Assembly: GCA_965207735.1 (NCBI GenBank)
Contig: OZ242296.1
Coordinates: 1,600,001 to 1,664,000 of the forward strand
Reading direction: 5' to 3'
DNA length: 64,000 nt
From: Candidatus Versatilivorator sp.
Lineage (GTDB): Bacteria > Acidobacteriota > Terriglobia > Versatilivoradales > Versatilivoraceae
Numbering within the stretch: the first letter of the stretch is position 1; every line of letters starts with the position of its first letter. Below are positions 58,113 to 64,000 of this stretch, piece by piece. The notes beneath the pieces were generated by a model. It ran no database searches. It worked only from the letters and a program-made list of their open reading frames with translations, and was not told the origin of the DNA. The position numbers were made by a program, and so were the translations under genes.

Positions 58113-58649
58113 GTTCTCTTTCTCCCAAAAGTTTCTTTCACCCCTGCTTGCAGGAAGCGAAAGCCAGATAGCCCGTCGAATCGCGCCCCTTCCGAATCCG
58201 AATAGGCGCGACTCCCGAGAGGTTGGCCCTCAAGACACCGAACTCACCGACGAGGTCTGCCGGAAGCAGGACTGTTTCCGATATGAGGTTCAGGATGTGC
58301 CGGTTGAGGAATACTAACTCAAAACTACAAATCTTGGTAGCCCGCTGCATGGCCGGCCGGTGAGAGCCTCGCAACCGGCCGCGCCGGTCTGCCGGCGACA
58401 GTCCAAAAATACAGGCTAAATATTAGGAGCGGTCTGCACAACTGAAAAGCACATTGCAGGGAATGGCGCCATTTTGAGGGCGAGCGGTCCAAAATCGGGC
58501 TCCTTGCGGTCCTGGAAGCGACAGGATTGTTGGCAAATGGTCCGGGGCTGGACGTTTCCCATGGCCGCCCCCGCGTCCGGGCTGGGACGATTGACGACAC
58601 GCCGCCGAACCGCCTTGACCGCGGCGGAAGCCTGGGGCTACCATGCCTC

Positions 58650-59273
58650 ATGACCGAACTCCTGCCGCTCTTCCCTCTGGACATAGTCCTGTTCCCAAGG
58701 ATGGTCCTTCCTCTCCATATATTCGAGGAGAGGTACAAGGAAATGATCGGGGCATGCCTCCATTCCAAGACGTCCTTCGGGGTGTTGTACGCTCACGAAC
58801 GGACCACGGAAAAGGTCGGCTGTCTGGCCGAAATCCTCAAGGTCCTCAAGAAGTACGACGACGGTAGAATGGATCTGCTGACCCGGGGCGGCGACCGCTT
58901 CGAGATTCTGCATTTCGACACTTCAGCTTCCTATCTGCGGGGATGGACGGAGCCATTTGCCGACAGGGACCGAGCCCAACCACCCGAACGGACGGCAGTC
59001 GAAGGGTTGCTGGAACTCTATCGGGAAACCGCGCACATCCTGAACCGGACCGAGGCCGACAAGGTAGTGGTCTCTTCCGACTACCAGGGATTGAGTTTTC
59101 AGATCGCCGCCGGCTTCGCACTGCCGAAGAAAGTCAAGCAACGGGTGCTCGTAGGGCGCAGCGAAACCGAGCGGGTGGCCATCCTCACAGCCTACTTCAA
59201 CGAAAATCTTCCCCGCCTGCGGCGAACCCAAGTCGCCGCCACGAGAGCCGGCTCCAACGGCCACGCACGCTGA
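58650..59273 (+). CDS. LON peptidase N-terminal (substrate-binding) domain protein
   Basis: LPLFPLDIVLFP...LPLHIFEERYKEMI..C...FGV, VGC.AEI, DGR. Confidence 0.9.
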   Translation: MTELLPLFPLDIVLFPRMVLPLHIFEERYKEMIGACLHSKTSFGVLYAHERTTEKVGCLAEILKVLKKYDDGRMDLLTRGGDRFEILHFDTSASYLRGWTEPFADRDRAQPPERTAVEGLLELYRETAHILNRTEADKVVVSSDYQGLSFQIAAGFALPKKVKQRVLVGRSETERVAILTAYFNENLPRLRRTQVAATRAGSNGHAR

Positions 59274-59325
59274 GGGGGGAATTTGTGCTATCTTTCCGCT
59301 CTGAATCTCGGCGAGTGGGTCAACC

Positions 59326-60693
59326 ATGAACGCACCATTGAGCAAGCGAAGCCATTGGGGCTCCAGGATCGGCTTCATCCTGGCGGCCGCCGGTTCGGCA
59401 GTGGGGCTGGGCAACATCTGGAAGTTCCCCTACGTGACCGGTGAGAACGGCGGGGGAATCTTCGTCCTCATCTACCTGGCTTGCGTGCTTCTGGTCGGCC
59501 TGCCGGTCATGATCGCCGAGATCCTCATCGGGCGTTCCACCCAGAACTCACCGGTGGGAGCCTTCAAGTCTCTGGCCGGAGCCCGGAGTCCATGGGTAGG
59601 AATGGGGTGGTTGTCGGTCTTATCCGCTTTTGTTCTCCTCTCCTTCTACAGCGTAGTGGCCGGTTGGTCCCTCCATTACACCTGGCTCTCCATCAGCGGG
59701 CAGCTGGCGGGATTGGAACCGGGCAATGTGGCTTCCGTTTTCGGAAGCCTGCACGCGTCGGCCGGGGCGAATCTCTTCTGGCACCTGGTCTTCATGGGCC
59801 TGACCGTAGCCGTGGTCTTTGGAGGAGTATCCAAGGGGGTGGAACGCTGGTCGCGGATCCTCATGCCGGCCCTGTTGATCATGATGCTGGTGCTGCTGGT
59901 AAATTCCTTGACGCTGGATGGATTCGGCAAGGCCTTCAGCTTCCTGTTCGGTTTTCACCAGGACAAGTTCACGGCCGCCGGAGCCCTGGAAGCGTTGGGA
60001 CAGGCCTTCTTCAGCCTCAGCCTGGGAATGGGCGCGATGCTCACCTATGGCAGCTACCTGCGCCGCCAGGACGACGTCGTGGGTGCCTCGGTCACCATCT
60101 CCGCCCTGGACACCACGATTGCTCTGGTGGCCTCGTTGATGCTCTTCCCCATCATCTTCAGCCACGGCATGGAGCCGGCGGCCGGCCCGGGCCTGGTGTT
60201 CATCAGCGTACCCATCGCCCTTAGCCAGATGCCGGGGACCACTTTTCTGGCAACAGTTTTCTTTGCCCTGCTGGTCTTCGCCGCCCTGACCAGCGCCATT
60301 TCCATGCTGGAGGTCGCCACCTCCTACTTCATCGACCAGCGAGGGTGGCAGCGCCACCGTGCGGCGGTGACGGCGGGATTGGCCACCGCCATCTTGGGGC
60401 TGCCGGCAGCGCTCAGCGGTGGGACCCTGGTGTTCGGCTCCGGGATGGAGGCGCTGCTGGGCAAGAACTGGTTCGACAGCCTGGACTACCTGGTCACCAA
60501 CTGGATGCTTCCGCTGGGCGGACTGGGGATGGCCCTGTTTACCGCCTGGCGCATGGACCAGCGGTTGCGCCAGGAGGAATTCCTCTCGGGCAGCCGCCTG
60601 CGCGGGTTCTATCAGACTTGGCTGTTCCTTCTGAAGTACCCGGTTCCCGTGGCTATTCTGCTGGTCTTCCTCCACGCCGTGGGCCTACTCTAG
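59326..60693 (+). CDS. sodium-dependent transporter (NSS/SNF, LeuT-like)
   Basis: WGSRIGFILAAAGSAVGLGNIWKFPY, GQAFFSLSLG, GPGLVF, AALTSAIS. Confidence 0.95.
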   Translation: MNAPLSKRSHWGSRIGFILAAAGSAVGLGNIWKFPYVTGENGGGIFVLIYLACVLLVGLPVMIAEILIGRSTQNSPVGAFKSLAGARSPWVGMGWLSVLSAFVLLSFYSVVAGWSLHYTWLSISGQLAGLEPGNVASVFGSLHASAGANLFWHLVFMGLTVAVVFGGVSKGVERWSRILMPALLIMMLVLLVNSLTLDGFGKAFSFLFGFHQDKFTAAGALEALGQAFFSLSLGMGAMLTYGSYLRRQDDVVGASVTISALDTTIALVASLMLFPIIFSHGMEPAAGPGLVFISVPIALSQMPGTTFLATVFFALLVFAALTSAISMLEVATSYFIDQRGWQRHRAAVTAGLATAILGLPAALSGGTLVFGSGMEALLGKNWFDSLDYLVTNWMLPLGGLGMALFTAWRMDQRLRQEEFLSGSRLRGFYQTWLFLLKYPVPVAILLVFLHAVGLL

Positions 60694-60796
60694 AGGAAGA
60701 AGGACGGGAACGGCGGACGATTCCCCGATTCCCATCCCGGCCCCGGGAGTTCTTCAACCGGACTGTTCCGTAACCATCTTTGCGGAGAGCACTCCC

Positions 60797-61216
60797 TTGG
60801 TTTCCTTTGCCCTCGTCATTCTGGCCGCTGTCGGCCTGACGATCTCCAGCTACTTTACGGCCGTCGCATACGGCTGGATCGATCCCACGGAAAAGTGGAT
60901 TCCGTCCTTCTGCCGCATGGGAGAGCAGACCTGCAGCCGGGTGATCCATTCCCCCAGGGCCCGGGTCTTCGGGCTCCCCAATTCGCTGCTGGGCCAGCTT
61001 TTCTACCTTGCCATCCTGGCAGCCGTCTTTGCCGATCTGATCTTTCTGAAACCCTACATTTGGCTGTTTCTGTCGGCCGGCTTCCTCACGGTGCTGCTGG
61101 GTATTTTTCTCAGCTACTCCCTGCTCTACCTGACCCGGATTCGATGTGTGCTGTGCTTTACCTCACACGCCATCAACGGGATCATTTTCCTGATCCTGCT
61201 GCTGACCAACCGGTGA
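60797..61216 (+). CDS. vitamin K epoxide reductase (VKOR) family protein
   Basis: Loop cysteines C-x6-C, S..ARVFGLPNS, C-terminal CVLC, four TM segments. Confidence 0.88.
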   Translation: MVSFALVILAAVGLTISSYFTAVAYGWIDPTEKWIPSFCRMGEQTCSRVIHSPRARVFGLPNSLLGQLFYLAILAAVFADLIFLKPYIWLFLSAGFLTVLLGIFLSYSLLYLTRIRCVLCFTSHAINGIIFLILLLTNR

Positions 61217-61346
61217 CACTGGAGTTAGAATTTGTGGCAGTTGAGTTGAGAGTCGACTACCGTTGGCATCGGACACCGCACTAAGCCCGACTGGCGGACG
61301 ACAGGACTTCGTAATTGCAGCAGACGCAACTGGAGGGTGACCGGAA

Positions 61347-62120
61347 ATGAATATGCGCGCGGCTCTGGATCGGATGGGAGTTGGGGAAGACCTGCTTTCG
61401 GCCGAGGAAGAATCCTTCCTGGACGAGAACGGATACCTCGTCATTCCCGACATACTAACTCGGAACCAGGTCCGGACCTTCAACCATCACCTGGCGGCGC
61501 TGGCCGAGAAAGAGGACAACGGCGGCCGGGTGGAAGAGGGCTTTCAGCACGGCACCGTCGTGGTGCTGGACCTTGTCAACAAGGACCCTGTCTTCGACAT
61601 CTGTATCAGCCACCCGAGGATTCTGGCAGCCGTGGATCGCGTCCTGCCCAAGGGTTTTCGGCTGTCTTCTCTCTGTTCCCGAGCCGTGCTGCCCGGCGGC
61701 GGACACCAGGACCTTCATCCCGACTGGCATCCCGCCTGGTGGCGCGACCGCAAGCAGCCCAGCGACCACTTTTCCTGTAATACTCTCTGGATGCTGGACG
61801 ACTTCACGCCCGACAACGGCGCTACCCGGATTGTGCCGGGATCCCACCTGGGACTGACCTTCCCCGAGGATGAGATGGAAGACATGCAGCAGCCGCACCC
61901 CCGGGAAATCTCCCTCACCGGAACCGCGGGCACCGTGGTGGTCTTCACCGGACACACCTGGCACAGCGGGGTCAAGAATCGAGCCGATGCCCCTCGGCGG
62001 TCCATCACGGCCTATTTCTGCCGCCGGGATCAACCCCAGCAGACCGATCAGCGCGAGGCTCTTCAACCGGCTACTTCCCAACGACTCAGTCAAGCGACCC
62101 TCTACCTGCTGGATGTTTAA
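61347..62120 (+). CDS. phytanoyl-CoA dioxygenase-family Fe(II)/2OG oxygenase
   Basis: ENGYLVI, LHPD (HxD), WMLDDFTPDNGATRIVPGSH, WHSG..N...RR. Confidence 0.92.
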   Translation: MNMRAALDRMGVGEDLLSAEEESFLDENGYLVIPDILTRNQVRTFNHHLAALAEKEDNGGRVEEGFQHGTVVVLDLVNKDPVFDICISHPRILAAVDRVLPKGFRLSSLCSRAVLPGGGHQDLHPDWHPAWWRDRKQPSDHFSCNTLWMLDDFTPDNGATRIVPGSHLGLTFPEDEMEDMQQPHPREISLTGTAGTVVVFTGHTWHSGVKNRADAPRRSITAYFCRRDQPQQTDQREALQPATSQRLSQATLYLLDV

Positions 62121-62258
62121 CGTAAAACACTCCTGTTCCGCCCTATATGATCCGTTACATTGTGTGAGGCAGGGGCTCGGCTAACCTACATTTCGCGCGG
62201 GGGGGTCCGTTACACTTCCATGAGCCTTTTGCAAAATTCGTCGTGCAGCACTGGTGCT

Positions 62259-62374
62259 GGGGACGTTGTTGAATTACTGGAATAACTTCGATCAGCCGCT
62301 CCTATATTGCTTTGATTCACTAACATCTCCTGCGTGCTCTCTGCCAGTTATTCCAGTAATTCAACAACGTCCCC
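62259..62374. mobile_element. 116-bp MITE-like element with 29-bp perfect terminal inverted repeats
   Basis: GGGGACGTTGTTGAATTACTGGAATAACT (62259-62287) / AGTTATTCCAGTAATTCAACAACGTCCCC (62346-62374); AT-rich, non-coding. Confidence 0.65.
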
Positions 62375-62422
62375 TATTCGCTTCCTTTCAATGAGACCGC
62401 CAACCACCGCAGGAGCGCGCCT

Positions 62423-64000
62423 TTGAACCGCCGAAGATTTCTAAAGCAGCTCACCGGCCTCACCGGCGGCCTGGCTCTGACTCGGATAACGGCGCCTGCC
62501 TTCTCCCCCGGGCCCGCGGCTTCAGGTCGGCCTCGGACCGAAGAAAGCGCACGCCGGGAGACTCTCTACAACGGCATCCGGCTCCCGGACTCCTGGCCTC
62601 CCCGCTATCCCCCGGAGGACTTCCGCACTCCTGTCACGCCCCCATACCTGACGGAAATTCCCCAGGTCATCCCCATTGACCGGGGGCGGCAACTCTTTGT
62701 GGACGACTTCCTCATCTCCAGCAGCACTCTCAAGCGCTCCTATCACAGGGCCGTACTGCACCCGGAAAACCCGGTTCTGAAGCCGGAGACCGCCCTGGAG
62801 ATGAACGGGGGCCTGCAGCCGGTGGCCTGTCCCTTCAACGACGGCGTGTTCTACGACCCCGAGGACGGTTTGTTCAAGATGTGGTACCATGCCGGCTGGT
62901 TCGACGGCATTGCCTACGCCACCAGCCGGGACGGGATTCATTGGACCCGACCCCGCCTTGACGTCGACCCGGGAACCAACAGGGTCCTGGTTCGGGGAAA
63001 GGGATATGAAAGGGACGGGGTGGGAATCTGGCTGGACCAGGAGACTGCCGACCGGCAACAGCGATTCAAGATGTTCGCCTTCTTCAGGGGGCCGGACAAA
63101 TTCCGGAGGGGCGAGGTCTATTCCTCGGCGGACGGCATTCATTGGGGCGAGCCCACACCCACCGGCCCCTGCGGCGACAACACCACCTTTTTCTACAACC
63201 CCTTCCGCAAGGTCTGGGTCTACAGCATTCGCACCTTTCAATTCCAGCCCAGCCTGAGCCGGCTGCGGGGTTACCGGGAACATCCCGAGTTCGTGGGTGG
63301 AGCCGCTTGGGAAGAGAGCGACGTCCACCACTGGGCCGGCGCCGACGAACTGGACCCGCCGGCGCCCGACCTGGGCTATCCCACCCAGCTCTACAACGTG
63401 GACGCGGCAGGTTACGAGAGTCTGATGATCGGACTGCTGGCCATCCACCGGGGACCGCCCAACCGGATTTGCCTGGAGGGCGGGTTCCCCAAGCTCACCG
63501 AGTTGTGCCTGGGCTTCAGTCGAGACGGATTCCACTGGCACCGACCCGACCGGCGCTCCTTTATCGCCCCCTCCCGTCGCAAGGGCACCTGGAACCGAGC
63601 CTACCTCCATTCGGCCGGGGGCTGCTGCCTGGTGGTGGGCGACCGGCTCTACTTCTACTTCGGAGCCTGGTCGGGGGAATCCCCTAAGCTGGGAAGCCAT
63701 ATGTATGCGGGCGGAAGCACCGGTCTGGCCGTCCTGCGCAGGGACGGCTTCGCCTCGCTGGACGCCCCGGAATCGGGGGGCGCGGTCACCACCAGGCCAC
63801 TGCGATTCCAGGGCCGTCACCTGTTCGTCAACCTGCAGGCCCCGCGGGGGCAATTGCAAGCCGAGGTCCTTGACGCGCAAGGCGTCCCGATTGTTTCCTT
63901 TTCCAGGCAAAACTGCCTGCCGGTGACCGGAGACAGCACTCTCAGCCAAGTCGTTTGGAAGGAGGCCGCCGATCTTTCCCGTCTGGCCGGCCGGCCCGTC
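62423..64000 (+). CDS. Tat-exported five-bladed beta-propeller glycoside hydrolase-like (GH32/43-like) protein, 3' truncated
   Basis: Absent from the ORF track because no stop falls in the window: RBS aggag, TTG start, MNRRRFL, ETLYNGIRLP..WPP, GRQLFVDDFLI, NPVL, SRDGIHW, SADGIHW, SRDGFHW, LRRDGFASL. Confidence 0.78.
   Translation, partial: MNRRRFLKQLTGLTGGLALTRITAPAFSPGPAASGRPRTEESARRETLYNGIRLPDSWPPRYPPEDFRTPVTPPYLTEIPQVIPIDRGRQLFVDDFLISSSTLKRSYHRAVLHPENPVLKPETALEMNGGLQPVACPFNDGVFYDPEDGLFKMWYHAGWFDGIAYATSRDGIHWTRPRLDVDPGTNRVLVRGKGYERDGVGIWLDQETADRQQRFKMFAFFRGPDKFRRGEVYSSADGIHWGEPTPTGPCGDNTTFFYNPFRKVWVYSIRTFQFQPSLSRLRGYREHPEFVGGAAWEESDVHHWAGADELDPPAPDLGYPTQLYNVDAAGYESLMIGLLAIHRGPPNRICLEGGFPKLTELCLGFSRDGFHWHRPDRRSFIAPSRRKGTWNRAYLHSAGGCCLVVGDRLYFYFGAWSGESPKLGSHMYAGGSTGLAVLRRDGFASLDAPESGGAVTTRPLRFQGRHLFVNLQAPRGQLQAEVLDAQGVPIVSFSRQNCLPVTGDSTLSQVVWKEAADLSRLAGRPV

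Overview
GC-rich bacterial chromosomal window of about 57 CDS; the gene set suggests Acidobacteriota (inference, not verified). Housekeeping genes include iscS-mnmA, trmL, mobA, trxA, mutY, lpxD, an S1-like gene, sod, fabH, murB, yggX, moaA and erpA/iscA. Accessory content includes an intact IS1634 with 12-bp IRs and a TTAG target duplication, an McrBC-like restriction pair with a divergent orphan HigA, a YefM-YoeB module, a truncated HicB-like gene, and several dispersed intergenic repeat families. The repeat families are a ~170-185-bp element with 3 full and several partial copies, a 9-bp-unit tandem/inverted element, REP-like palindromes and a 116-bp MITE-like element. Three things stand out. 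(1) A phosphonate operon MFS-phnA-phnY-Zn-ADH lacks phnW, suggesting an oxidative 2-hydroxyethylphosphonate route. (2) A radical SAM gene carries the motif set of the tetraether synthase (Tes/GDGT-MAS, MJ0619) family, next to an unusual ferredoxin and an A-type Fe-S carrier. (3) The periodic intergenic repeat family includes one copy split by the IS and one abutting the phosphonate operon. An aldose-epimerase-like gene has an in-frame TGA at a probable Trp codon. No tRNA, rRNA or CRISPR array was seen. All calls come from motif recognition by eye; no database search was run.
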